NCBI GenBank assembly: GCA_021782205.1
Contig: JAJXVH010000007.1
Span: forward strand, 5,514 to 69,513
Direction of reading: 5' to 3'
DNA length: 64,000 nucleotides
Source: a bacterium
GTDB lineage: Bacteria > Elusimicrobiota > Elusimicrobia > UBA1565 > UBA9628
The stretch's first letter is position 1. Each line of letters begins with the position of its first letter. This document shows, one piece after another, positions 1-9,145 of this stretch. The position numbers were made by a program, and so were the translations under genes. The notes beneath the pieces were generated by a model that saw nothing but the letters and a program-made list of their open reading frames with translations, ran no database searches and had not been told where the DNA came from.

Positions 1-37
1 GGTCGATAATGAGGCCGATCCTGCGAAGCGCGACATC

Positions 38-523
38 ATGCTAACGAAAATATTGCCCAAGGTGTCCTTGCAAGAATTCCAAAAAGAGGAAATAGCAATA
101 CAGGGCCGCGCGAGTCCGGCCTTATGTCGTGAATTGGGTAAGGCCCGATGGACGTGGAGCGTCAACTGCCCGACCATGCGTATGGTCCGCGCGGCAAAGG
201 ATTCCGGCTCTTCCGCCGCTTGTGGTGGATCGGGCCTCTGCCTGGCCATGCTGGGCGGCAAGAGCAATGTCTGCGATCCGTATTTGAGTTCGATGCGCAG
301 GACCTACTGCGATGGCTCCATGGAGCCGCTGCGATTGCAGCTACTGGATCAGGCTCGTTCGTTGCGGTCGTCATTGCAGGTGTTGGACTCGCACGCGCCG
401 GACAGCTACAAAGATCGCATCTCGGAATTGAATGGAAAAATCAACGTCATAATTAATGGCGTTCAGAGAATGGGTAAGCATAAGTCTGAAGGCGACGAGC
501 CGGCATCGACGGGCTCAAACTAA
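38..523 (+). CDS. hypothetical protein (possibly the 3' part of a gene starting before the window)
   Basis: 161-aa ORF in a lower-GC segment; no recognisable motif. Confidence 0.35.
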   Translation: MLTKILPKVSLQEFQKEEIAIQGRASPALCRELGKARWTWSVNCPTMRMVRAAKDSGSSAACGGSGLCLAMLGGKSNVCDPYLSSMRRTYCDGSMEPLRLQLLDQARSLRSSLQVLDSHAPDSYKDRISELNGKINVIINGVQRMGKHKSEGDEPASTGSN

Positions 524-583
524 TTCAATAAGTTTTTTCGCCTTAAACCATCACGACCCGTAATATGTTTTGAGCGCGGTTCT

Positions 584-1120
584 ATGTCATCGTTGTTGAA
601 ATACTTTCTTTGGGTCTACGCGCGGGCGCTGATATGGATCGCGTCGTCGGCGTTCGCGCTGCGCGCGGCGACGGGCAAAACGCCGGTCGCGCGGGGCTTC
701 GCGCTGGCCCATCTGGCGGCGCTGGCCTTCGGCATCCTTGTCGACGTCTACCTGATCAATTGGGCGCCGCGTTCGTGGTTGCGCATCGAAGTCATGCAGT
801 GGGTGTTCACTGCGCCGATCGTCATTTTCACGATCATCTCCCTGTGGATCGGCAGTTGGGAGGTCTCCGTGGAGCCGCCGGACGTGTTCATGACCTTAGT
901 GCCGGTCGTGACCTGGGCGCTGATGGTGATCTACGGCTGGCAGTCCATGTGGGACTACAACGTGCTGGGCGCCTGGTTCGTCTCCGCGGCGTCGGGCGCG
1001 GTCGACCTCTGGACGCGCTTCGGGCCGCCGTGGGCGCGGCGCCGCAGCTACGTTTGCCGTTTGGCGGGCTACGCGGTCGTGGTGCTGACGGTCTACCTGG
1101 TGTTGCCGCACACCGGCTGA
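584..1120 (+). CDS. hypothetical integral membrane protein
   Basis: 178 aa with about 6 hydrophobic segments. Confidence 0.7.
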   Translation: MSSLLKYFLWVYARALIWIASSAFALRAATGKTPVARGFALAHLAALAFGILVDVYLINWAPRSWLRIEVMQWVFTAPIVIFTIISLWIGSWEVSVEPPDVFMTLVPVVTWALMVIYGWQSMWDYNVLGAWFVSAASGAVDLWTRFGPPWARRRSYVCRLAGYAVVVLTVYLVLPHTG

Positions 1121-1138
1121 GCGCTGGCGCGCATCGGC

Positions 1139-2485
1139 TCAGCTTTCCAACTCGTTCAGGCAGGCGTCGAAAATCTCCAAGCCTTTGTCGACGTCGTAGG
1201 CGTCGAGCACCAGCGGGGGTGCCACGCGGATGGTCGATTTGCCGCAGCCGAGCAGGAGCAGGCCCTTGGTGAAGGCCAGTTGCTCCAGCCGCGCGACCAG
1301 TTCGACGGCGGGCTCCTTGGTGGCGCGGTCCTTGACGAACTCCACGCCGATGAACAGTCCCAGCCCGCGCACGTCGCCGATGCAGGCGTGCTTGTCCTGC
1401 AGTTTCTTAAGACCGGCCAGCAGGCGCGCGCCCATCGCGACGGCGTTGTCGGCCAGTTCGTTTTCGACCAGAGCCAAAGTGGCGAGCGCGGACGCGCAGG
1501 CCACGGGGTTGCCGCCGTAGGTGGAGCCGTGCGAACCGCGCGGCCAGGTCATGACCGACTCCTTGGCCAGGATCGCACCGATGGGCATGCCGGAGCCCAG
1601 GCCTTTGGCCGAGACCAAAATGTCGGGGACCACGCCCATGTGCTCGCAGGCCCACATCTTGCCGGTGCGGCCGACGCCGGTCTGGACCTCGTCGAAGACC
1701 AGCATGATGCCGTACTCGTCGCAGATGCGCCGCCAGAACTGCAGGAATTCCTTGTCCGGGATCGCGTAGCCGCCCTCGCCCTGCAGGGGCTCGATGATCA
1801 CGGCGGCGACGTCCTCGGGCGAGAGCTTGGTCTCGAAGAGTTCCAGCGCGGCCTGCACGCAGTCCTCCAGCGTATTGCGGTAGGGGTTGTGGAACGGCAG
1901 GTGGTAGACCTCGGGCAGGAGCGGCCCGAAGCCCTTGCGGTACTTGACCTTGGAGCTCGACAGCGACATGCCCGCGTACGTGCGCCCATGGAACGCGTTG
2001 TGAAACGAGATCAGCGCGCTGCGGTGGGTGCGGTAGCGCGCGAGCTTGACCGCGCCTTCAATGGACTCCGTGCCGGAGTTCGACAGGAACACGCGCCACT
2101 TCCCTCCGCCGGGCGCGGACTTGGCGAGCCGCTCGCACAGATCAGCGAATCCCTGATAATAAAAGTCGGTGCCGCAAATGTGAAAGAACTTCGCCGCCGC
2201 GTCCTGCACGGCCTTGACCACTTTCGGATGGGCGTAGCCTGTTGAAGAAACCGCGATGCCGGCCATCCAGTCGATATAGCGGTTGCCGTCGACGTCCTCC
2301 ACCATCGCGCCGCGGCCGCCGTCGATGACCAGCGGATACTCCTTTATATACGACGGGGACGAATACAGCATGTCCTTGGCGATGACCCCCTGGGCCTTCG
2401 GGCCGGGGGGGGCGGCGACGATCCGGGGATAGTCTCGGCCGGTCGGCGTCTTGGCGGGCTTCGCGGGGGACGTTTTCGTGGCCAT
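1139..2485 (-). CDS. class-III PLP aminotransferase (GABA/acetylornithine aminotransferase family)
   Basis: SGTESIEGAVK, FHGRT, EPLQGEGG, FDEVQTGVGRTG, SAKGLGSG; start set at ATG 2485 (MATKTS) behind a GGAG. Confidence 0.92.
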   Translation of the reverse strand: MATKTSPAKPAKTPTGRDYPRIVAAPPGPKAQGVIAKDMLYSSPSYIKEYPLVIDGGRGAMVEDVDGNRYIDWMAGIAVSSTGYAHPKVVKAVQDAAAKFFHICGTDFYYQGFADLCERLAKSAPGGGKWRVFLSNSGTESIEGAVKLARYRTHRSALISFHNAFHGRTYAGMSLSSSKVKYRKGFGPLLPEVYHLPFHNPYRNTLEDCVQAALELFETKLSPEDVAAVIIEPLQGEGGYAIPDKEFLQFWRRICDEYGIMLVFDEVQTGVGRTGKMWACEHMGVVPDILVSAKGLGSGMPIGAILAKESVMTWPRGSHGSTYGGNPVACASALATLALVENELADNAVAMGARLLAGLKKLQDKHACIGDVRGLGLFIGVEFVKDRATKEPAVELVARLEQLAFTKGLLLLGCGKSTIRVAPPLVLDAYDVDKGLEIFDACLNELES

Positions 2486-2487
2486 AA

Positions 2488-4059
2488 TCACTCCATGATG
2501 GTGCGGCTTTGCTCGCGCATGAACTGCGCCACGTAGTAGGGGCCGCAGCCGCCCTTGCCGGTGGAGCCGGAGCCTTTCCAGCCGCAGAAGGACTGCACGC
2601 CCGGCCACGCGCCGGTGGTCGCACCCGTGGGGCGGTTGGCGTAGCAGACGCCGGACTCGATCTCGTCGAAAAATCTCTCGATCTCCTCCTTCTTGGCCGT
2701 GAAGATGCCCGCGGTGAGTCCGTAGTCGGCTTTGTTGGATTCGGCGATGGCCTGGTCCATGTCCTTGACCTTGCCGACGGAGAGGATCGGGACGAACAGC
2801 TCGCGCATGAACAGCTCGTGATCGAGCGGCAGTTCGGCGATCGTGGGCTCGACGAAATTGCCTTTATCGAAGATGCCGCCGTTAAGACGTCCGCCGCCGA
2901 GAAGAATCTTGCCGCCGTTTTTGGCCGACTCCACGGCGCCGTCGAAGGTCTTGAGCGCCTTGGCGTTGATCACGGGACCGAAGAAAACGTCTTTCTCGGT
3001 GGGGTCGCCGAGTTTGAGCGTCTTCGTCTTCTCGACCAGCTTCGCGACGAACGCGTCGTAGACCTTTTGGTGCACATACACGCGTGAGCACGCGGAGCAC
3101 TTCTGGCCTTGAAGGCCGAAGGCGGACTTCATGACGCCCAGCGCGGCGTCGTCCAGGTTCGCCGTGTCCGAGACGTAGGTGGGGTTCTTTCCGCCCAGTT
3201 CCATCAGTGCCGGCTTGGGATACGCCGACGAGAATTCTTTGACCATCTTCATGCCCACTTCCTTGGAGCCGGTGAACACGATGCCGTCGACTCCAGGGTG
3301 CTTCCAAAACGAATCTCCGATCACGGCGCCCAGGCCGGTGACGAAGCTGAACAGCCCGCCGGGTATGCCCGCGGCCTTGTAGCACTCGTAGAGCATGAGG
3401 CCCGTCCACGGCGTGTCCTGCGCGGGCTTGTAGACCACCGCGTTGCCTGCCAGCAGGGCCGCGGCGGACATGCCGGTGGACAGGGCCATGGGGAAATTGA
3501 AGGGCGCGATGCAGACGAACACGCCGAACGGGCGCAGGACGGAGCGCGTGTTCTCGTTGGGCATCAGCTTGCCCAGCGGCTTGATGAAGCCGTCGTTGTC
3601 CTCGACGACCTTGCAGTAGTAGTCGATCAGGTCGGCCGACTCCTCGGCGTCGCCCATGGCCTCCAGGCGGCTCTTGCCCACCTCCAGGCTCATGATCGCG
3701 GCGATCTCGAACTTGCGCGCGCGGATGAAGTGCGCGGCCTTGCGCAAGGTCTGCACGCGCTCCTGCCACGGCAAGCCGCCCCACTTCTTCTGGATGGCGC
3801 GCGCGGCCTTGACCGCCAAGTCGACGTGCTCCGGCGCGGCGGCCGCGAACTTGCCGAGCACGAGCGACGTGTCGATGGGCGACGTGTCGATGAGCAGGGG
3901 GGAGGACGTCTTCACGGCCTTGCCGTCGATCCACAGCGGGTGCTCGGCGCCGGCCTTCGCGCGCACGGCGGCCAGCGCCGCGTCGAAGGATTTGTGGAAC
4001 GCGGTCATATCCGCGTGGGCGGACGTGTAGGTGATTTTCTGCGGAGCGCTAGCGGACAT
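2488..4059 (-). CDS. NAD-dependent aldehyde dehydrogenase, P5C-dehydrogenase (RocA/PruA)-like
   Basis: PFNFP, FTGS, ELGGKN, GQKCSAC, ELFVP, YGLTAG, QSFCGWKGSGSTGK motifs. Confidence 0.9.
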   Translation of the reverse strand: MSASAPQKITYTSAHADMTAFHKSFDAALAAVRAKAGAEHPLWIDGKAVKTSSPLLIDTSPIDTSLVLGKFAAAAPEHVDLAVKAARAIQKKWGGLPWQERVQTLRKAAHFIRARKFEIAAIMSLEVGKSRLEAMGDAEESADLIDYYCKVVEDNDGFIKPLGKLMPNENTRSVLRPFGVFVCIAPFNFPMALSTGMSAAALLAGNAVVYKPAQDTPWTGLMLYECYKAAGIPGGLFSFVTGLGAVIGDSFWKHPGVDGIVFTGSKEVGMKMVKEFSSAYPKPALMELGGKNPTYVSDTANLDDAALGVMKSAFGLQGQKCSACSRVYVHQKVYDAFVAKLVEKTKTLKLGDPTEKDVFFGPVINAKALKTFDGAVESAKNGGKILLGGGRLNGGIFDKGNFVEPTIAELPLDHELFMRELFVPILSVGKVKDMDQAIAESNKADYGLTAGIFTAKKEEIERFFDEIESGVCYANRPTGATTGAWPGVQSFCGWKGSGSTGKGGCGPYYVAQFMREQSRTIME

Positions 4060-5389
4060 GGGCGGCCTCCAAAGTGCGGTCCAGGGCGGTCTTGAAGCGG
4101 ACGACGATCTCGTCGATCTCCGCCTCGGTCACGATGAAAGGGGGGGCCACCATCACCAGGTCGCCGTTCTCGCCGTCGGCGTGGCCGACGTTGGGCCAGA
4201 CGACCAGGCCGGCGTCGAGCGCGGCCGCGACGAAGGCCTCCGCGAATTTCTGCTTTCGGGGAAACGGCGCTTTTGAAGTCTTGTCGGCGACAAACTCGAT
4301 GCCAGCCAGAAGTCCCAGGCCGCGTACGTCGCCGACGGCGGGAAGGTCCAGCAGCGGTTTCAGCTTGCGCTGGAGCACGACGCCCATCCGGGCGCAGCGA
4401 TCCACTAAATTATTTTTCTTGATATGGCGGACGGCCGCCAACCCGGCCGCGCAGATGGCGGGAGAATGGGAAAATGTCTGCGCGTGCTTGAAGCCGCCGG
4501 AGCCCCTCGCAATCGGGTCGAGGATCTTCTTGGAGGTCACGACCGCGGAGAGGGGAACGTAGCCGCCGGAAAGCCCTTTACCGAGCGTCATGATGTCGGG
4601 GACGACGCCGAAGTGCTCGATCGCGGCCCACTTGCCGGTGCGGCCGGAGCCCGACAAGACCTCGTCGGCCACGAACAGAACGGAATATTTGTCGCAGATC
4701 GCTCGGACGTTTTTATAATAATCAGCGGGCGGCACGGAGCCTCCCGTCGAAGAGCCGCCGACGGGTTCGGCGATGAACGCGGCGACGGTGTCCGCGCCCT
4801 CTTTTTTGATCGCGTCCTCCAGCGCCTGCGCGGTCATCGCCGGAGAATCCGGCGCGCAGCGATATGGATACGGGGCGGGGATCATCGCCACCGGCACCAG
4901 CCAGGGGCCGTAGAGTTTTTTATAGTGCCCGCGCGCCGACGCCGACAGTGCCAGCAAGGTGTTGCCGTGGTAGCCCGGGGCGCGTGCGATGATCTTGTGC
5001 TTGTCCGGGCGGCCGCTTTCCACCCAGTATTGCCGCGCCAGCTTCAGCGCCGCCTCGACGGCCTCGGAGCCCGACGACAGGAAGTAGGCGAAGTCCAGGC
5101 CCTTGGGGTTGAGCGTGCGCAGTTCGGCGGCCAGGGCCTCGACAGGCTCGTTGGTGAACGCCGTGCCGTTGACATAGGCCACGCGGCGGATCTGCTCGGC
5201 GACCGCGTCGGCCACCTCGGACACGCCGTGGCCCAGGTTGGCCACGTAGGCGCCGCCGCACGCGTCCAGGTAGCGCCGGCCGCGGTCGTCGATCAGCCAG
5301 CAACCCTCGCCGCGCGCGATCAGCGGCAGTTCGCGGTCGAGCGCGCGGTAGAACACGCCCGTCTCCGGGTAGCGATGCGCGGAGCTCAT
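4049..5389 (-). CDS. class-III PLP aminotransferase (BioA/omega-amino acid family)
   Basis: SGSEAVEAALK, YHGNT, FIAEPV, ADEVLSGSGRTG, LGKGLSGGY; start ATG 5389 (MSSAHRY). Confidence 0.92.
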   Translation of the reverse strand: MSSAHRYPETGVFYRALDRELPLIARGEGCWLIDDRGRRYLDACGGAYVANLGHGVSEVADAVAEQIRRVAYVNGTAFTNEPVEALAAELRTLNPKGLDFAYFLSSGSEAVEAALKLARQYWVESGRPDKHKIIARAPGYHGNTLLALSASARGHYKKLYGPWLVPVAMIPAPYPYRCAPDSPAMTAQALEDAIKKEGADTVAAFIAEPVGGSSTGGSVPPADYYKNVRAICDKYSVLFVADEVLSGSGRTGKWAAIEHFGVVPDIMTLGKGLSGGYVPLSAVVTSKKILDPIARGSGGFKHAQTFSHSPAICAAGLAAVRHIKKNNLVDRCARMGVVLQRKLKPLLDLPAVGDVRGLGLLAGIEFVADKTSKAPFPRKQKFAEAFVAAALDAGLVVWPNVGHADGENGDLVMVAPPFIVTEAEIDEIVVRFKTALDRTLEAAHVR

Positions 5390-5412
5390 CGGCGCTATAG
5401 TATCATTTTGCC

Positions 5413-6021
5413 GTGGGAGCTTCTTTTTATGACCCCCGTGACGCCGCCCTGCACGAACTGCGCCCGGCCTCACCCCCGTGCGTGGGCGTGGCGCTGGCGG
5501 CGGGCGCCGGCGCGCGTGAGCGCGCCGTCGCGGCGGCTCTGAGCGACGCGTTGACCTTTCTGGGCCTGGAGCCCGTCGCGGGCCGCGAGATCGTGGTCGG
5601 CGCCGAAGCTCCCGAACCTGGCGCCGTCTGGCTTAAGCCCGCGCCGCTGTCCGGGTCGGTCCCCGACGCGTCAGGGCTCATCGCGCGGGGCTTCGCGCCC
5701 GCTGACATGAATTTTTATCTACGCGCGACGCATTACCGCCGACCGATGGCTTTTTCTTGGGAAGCGCTGGTCTCCGCCCGCGCGGAACGCTTGCGGTTGG
5801 CCGCGATTGCCCGCGAGCACGCCGCCGTGGGCCAGGAGCCGAGCGCGAGCGCCTTGGCCGGCTACCTGCATCGCCTCAGCGAAGCTTTGCGCCGCGACCT
5901 GGACATGCCGGAAGCCGTCGCTTGCGTCCGCGACGGCCTGCGCCCAGGCGCGCTTTCACCGGGGTCGCGGGCGGCTCTGTTGCAACGAACATTGGCCCTT
6001 TTGCGTATTGACAACGTCTAG
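5413..6021 (+). CDS. truncated cysteinyl-tRNA synthetase-like protein (stem-contact/DALR region only)
   Basis: FYLRATHYRRPMAFSWEAL and LSEALRRDLDMPEA resemble the CysRS HYRxxLxFS and DDLNTPxA segments; no HIGH or KMSKS. Confidence 0.6.
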   Translation: MGASFYDPRDAALHELRPASPPCVGVALAAGAGARERAVAAALSDALTFLGLEPVAGREIVVGAEAPEPGAVWLKPAPLSGSVPDASGLIARGFAPADMNFYLRATHYRRPMAFSWEALVSARAERLRLAAIAREHAAVGQEPSASALAGYLHRLSEALRRDLDMPEAVACVRDGLRPGALSPGSRAALLQRTLALLRIDNV

Positions 6022-6036
6022 CGGCCCTGTTACACT
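6008..6036 (+). promoter_or_regulatory. sigma70-type promoter
   Basis: TTGACA (6008) - 17 bp - TACACT (6031) with extended TG; GGGGAG RBS before ATG 6058. Confidence 0.7.
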
Positions 6037-6057
6037 TCGCCTGTAGCAGGGGGAGCC

Positions 6058-6978
6058 ATGGCCGAATTGACTGTCCATTTCGACTTGAGGTTCAGCGCGC
6101 GCATGTTGCGTTGGGCGATGGCCGGGGCCATGGTGCTGGTTGCGGCTCCGGAACTGGCGTCGGAGAGCGTGAGCCTGACCACCTATTACCCGGCCCCCTC
6201 TGGCGTCTACACTCAATTGATCGCGACTAGCAACGCGTTTATGGCCCGTGACACGGGTTATCTGGACGTGGGCACGAACGTGACTCCGCCATCCCCGGCT
6301 GGGATTGGAACGGTTAAGGAGTATGTTGAGAACGGAGCGGTTTTGCTGGGATCTCCGAATGTCCTGGCCTTCGGCAACTATAGCGAGATCGACGGAGACC
6401 AGGGAGGTTCCATCGAACTGGGAGGCAACAACAGCGTGGCCGGTGTCGGTACGCCCTACATCGATTTTCACTACGCGGGCCTTGGCGGTGACTTCAACAC
6501 GCGCATCATAAACGACGCCAGCAATCAATTATCCATTTTTGGTCAGGGCGGGGCCGGTTCGACGGGATTCAGCGTGAACGGCCGCGTCGGCACGAATGGC
6601 TATTCCCCGACGACGGGTTACCCGTCGGGTTGGTCTGGCGGTATTCATACCTTCGACGTGTACAGCGAAGGATCCGTCGGAAACGGTGCGGGCGGGACCT
6701 TGCTCACTTACATGTCCCAAGGTGTCAGTTATGCCGCCAACAAGGTCCTTTCCGCTCAGGCGGTGGAGAGCAACGTTTCTTGTAGCGAGATCACGTTTTC
6801 GCCTAATTCTGTAGCGACTTGCGCGGGGTATATTACGACAGCTTCCGGATTCTACTCGATGTATATGAGTCTGCCGATTCCCCAGGGCCCCACGGGGCCC
6901 ACGCAAACGACGACGACGAACGCCATTACCGCGTTATGTTGCTCGTGCCCCACCGCCGGCGGCAATTGCGACATCTAA
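6058..6978 (+). CDS. exported Gly/Ser/Thr-rich beta-structured protein (adhesin/fibre-like)
   Basis: signal-like N-terminus, ESVSLTTYYPAPSGVY motif, PYIDFHxxxxxxDFNTRII segment, Cys-rich C-terminus. Confidence 0.6.
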   Translation: MAELTVHFDLRFSARMLRWAMAGAMVLVAAPELASESVSLTTYYPAPSGVYTQLIATSNAFMARDTGYLDVGTNVTPPSPAGIGTVKEYVENGAVLLGSPNVLAFGNYSEIDGDQGGSIELGGNNSVAGVGTPYIDFHYAGLGGDFNTRIINDASNQLSIFGQGGAGSTGFSVNGRVGTNGYSPTTGYPSGWSGGIHTFDVYSEGSVGNGAGGTLLTYMSQGVSYAANKVLSAQAVESNVSCSEITFSPNSVATCAGYITTASGFYSMYMSLPIPQGPTGPTQTTTTNAITALCCSCPTAGGNCDI

Positions 6979-7034
6979 GCTGACAAGACGCCGCGCCAAT
7001 GTCGCCGGGCGGTTTATGATAAAGTGGATATTCT

Positions 7035-7865
7035 ATGGCGTTGCATCTACCGATCAACGGCGTCTGCAATATCAAGTGCGTGTTCTGTTCCGCGCACGGG
7101 CGCACGGGCGGCTATGAGTTGCCGGACCTGCTGAAGGAAATCAACGACGACAGGACGGGCCACGTGCAGATCTCGGGCGGCGACCCGATGATGCGCAGGC
7201 CGCTGGAAGTGCTGGCCATCGTGGCGCATGCGAAGAAACAGGGTAAGATCGTCGAGTTCCAGACCAACGGCGTTCTGGTGGAGAAATGGCCGCCGCGTCG
7301 CCTGAGCCAACTCACGGGCCTGATCGACTTCTGGAACATTAATTTTTCCGCGCACACGCCGGAATTGGATGAGGCGGTGACGCTGACGCCGGGTGCGTTC
7401 GACGCGCGTTCGCGCGGGGTGCGCCGCCTGCTGACGTTGGGCAAGCCCGTGCGTCTCAACTACATCGTTCACGAGCAGAACTACCGCCATGCCGAGGACT
7501 TCGTACGCTTCGCGGCGAAAGCGTTTCCGGGCTTCGCGTGGATACAGTTCTCCTACGTCAAGGGCATGGGCCGCGCCAAGGGCAACGCCATGGTGATGCC
7601 GCGTTTTCGCGACGCCGCCCCTTTCCTGACGCGGGCCTTCCGCGCCTGCGACGAACTGGGCGTGAACTTCGACGTGGACCACATCCCCGTCTGCTTCGTG
7701 CTGGAGTGGAAGGACCGCCACGCCGACTACCGCAAGATGCGCGAGGCCCAGCCGGGACGCCACCTGGCGGAAAAACAGCAGGTCGCCGACTGCGACGGCT
7801 GCGCCATGCGCGAGCTGTGCCCGGGGCCGCGCAAGGACTACATCGAGGTCTACGGAAGCCTATGA
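7035..7865 (+). CDS. radical SAM protein (HxsC-like)
   Basis: CNIKCVFC, SGGDP, QTNG, HIPVC, C-terminal CDGC-x5-CPG. Confidence 0.88.
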   Translation: MALHLPINGVCNIKCVFCSAHGRTGGYELPDLLKEINDDRTGHVQISGGDPMMRRPLEVLAIVAHAKKQGKIVEFQTNGVLVEKWPPRRLSQLTGLIDFWNINFSAHTPELDEAVTLTPGAFDARSRGVRRLLTLGKPVRLNYIVHEQNYRHAEDFVRFAAKAFPGFAWIQFSYVKGMGRAKGNAMVMPRFRDAAPFLTRAFRACDELGVNFDVDHIPVCFVLEWKDRHADYRKMREAQPGRHLAEKQQVADCDGCAMRELCPGPRKDYIEVYGSL

Positions 7866-9145
7866 ACGCGGCCTCAGCAATCGCTGCCTTCGACGTCGAG
7901 GCCCTGCGCGCGCGCTACCCGGCGTTGGAGCGTGCGCGCGACGGCCGCCGCCTGGTCTACCTCGACAGCGCGTGCACCGCGCTTAAGTCCCGGCGCATGG
8001 CCGACGCTTTAGCTGCGTTCTACGCCGAGGGCGGCGGCTGCGGCGGCAAGCGCTCGACGCACCGCCTGGGCCGCGAGGTCGAGGAGCTCTTTTCCGCCGC
8101 GCGCGCCGCGGCCGCGGCCTTCCTGAACGCCGACGGCCCCGGCGAGATCGTCTTCACCTCGGGCACGACCGAGGCCGCCAACCTGGTCGCCCGCGGATTT
8201 CCGTACGACGACGCGCGTCGCGGCGTGGTGATCACGGACTTGGAGCACAACGCGGTGGCCCTGCCGTTCTTGGAAGCCGCGCGGCGCGGCGAGATTGACC
8301 TGAAAATCTGCCCCTCGCGCGACGGGCGTCTGGATTTGAACCGCTTGGAAGCGCTGGTGGGCGAGACGACGGCGCTGGTCGCGGTCACGCACGCGTCCAA
8401 CGTCATGGGCGGCGTGGCGCCGGCGGCCGAGGCGGCCAAGATCGCGCGGCGCAAGGGCGCGCGGATCTTCGTCGACGACGCGCAGTTTCTGGGCACCCAC
8501 CGCGAGAACGTGGCGACCTTGGGCGCGGACTTCGTCGCGTTCTCGGCGCACAAGCTGGGCGGGCCTTTCGGCTTCGGCGTGCTCTGGGGGCGGGAAAACG
8601 AGCTCCATCGCTTGCGCCCCTGGAAAGTCGGAGGCGGCACGGTCAAGGACGTGGCTTGGGACGGCGGCGAGGGACTGCCCGAGGCGGTTTATCTCGACGC
8701 CCCCGCGCGCTTGGAGGCGGGAGTGCCTGACTTCGGCGGAGCGGTCGGCCTGCGCGAGGCCTTGGCCGAGCGCGAGGAGCTTCCGGCGGCCGCGGTCCGC
8801 GCGCACGTCGCGGGACTGGTGCGGCGGACCGTCGCGGGGCTGGTGAAGACCGCGGCCGTGCGCGTGCTCGGACTTCCCGAGGACTTGGAAAAGGGAAGCC
8901 TGGTGAGCTTCGCGCCCGCGCATCCAGAATTCTCGGCCCAGGACTTCAACATTTATCTGAACAATGAACTGCCGGGACGCTTCGTGGCCGTCCGCGTCGG
9001 CGAGCACTGCGCGCACCTTCTGCATCGCCGCCTGGGCGTCAATGCCAGCGTGCGCGCCTCCTTTGGCCCCTACAACACCGCGGCCGAGGCGGACCTCTAC
9101 GTGGACGCCGTCGCTTCCTACGCGCGGGAGGCCTGCGGTGGCTGA
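7862..9145 (+). CDS. SufS/CsdA-type cysteine desulfurase (class V PLP enzyme)
   Basis: VYLDSAC, FTSGTTEA, LEHNA, SAHKLGGP (PLP Lys), VRVGEHCAH (catalytic Cys); ATGA overlap at 7862. Confidence 0.88.
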   Translation: MNAASAIAAFDVEALRARYPALERARDGRRLVYLDSACTALKSRRMADALAAFYAEGGGCGGKRSTHRLGREVEELFSAARAAAAAFLNADGPGEIVFTSGTTEAANLVARGFPYDDARRGVVITDLEHNAVALPFLEAARRGEIDLKICPSRDGRLDLNRLEALVGETTALVAVTHASNVMGGVAPAAEAAKIARRKGARIFVDDAQFLGTHRENVATLGADFVAFSAHKLGGPFGFGVLWGRENELHRLRPWKVGGGTVKDVAWDGGEGLPEAVYLDAPARLEAGVPDFGGAVGLREALAEREELPAAAVRAHVAGLVRRTVAGLVKTAAVRVLGLPEDLEKGSLVSFAPAHPEFSAQDFNIYLNNELPGRFVAVRVGEHCAHLLHRRLGVNASVRASFGPYNTAAEADLYVDAVASYAREACGG

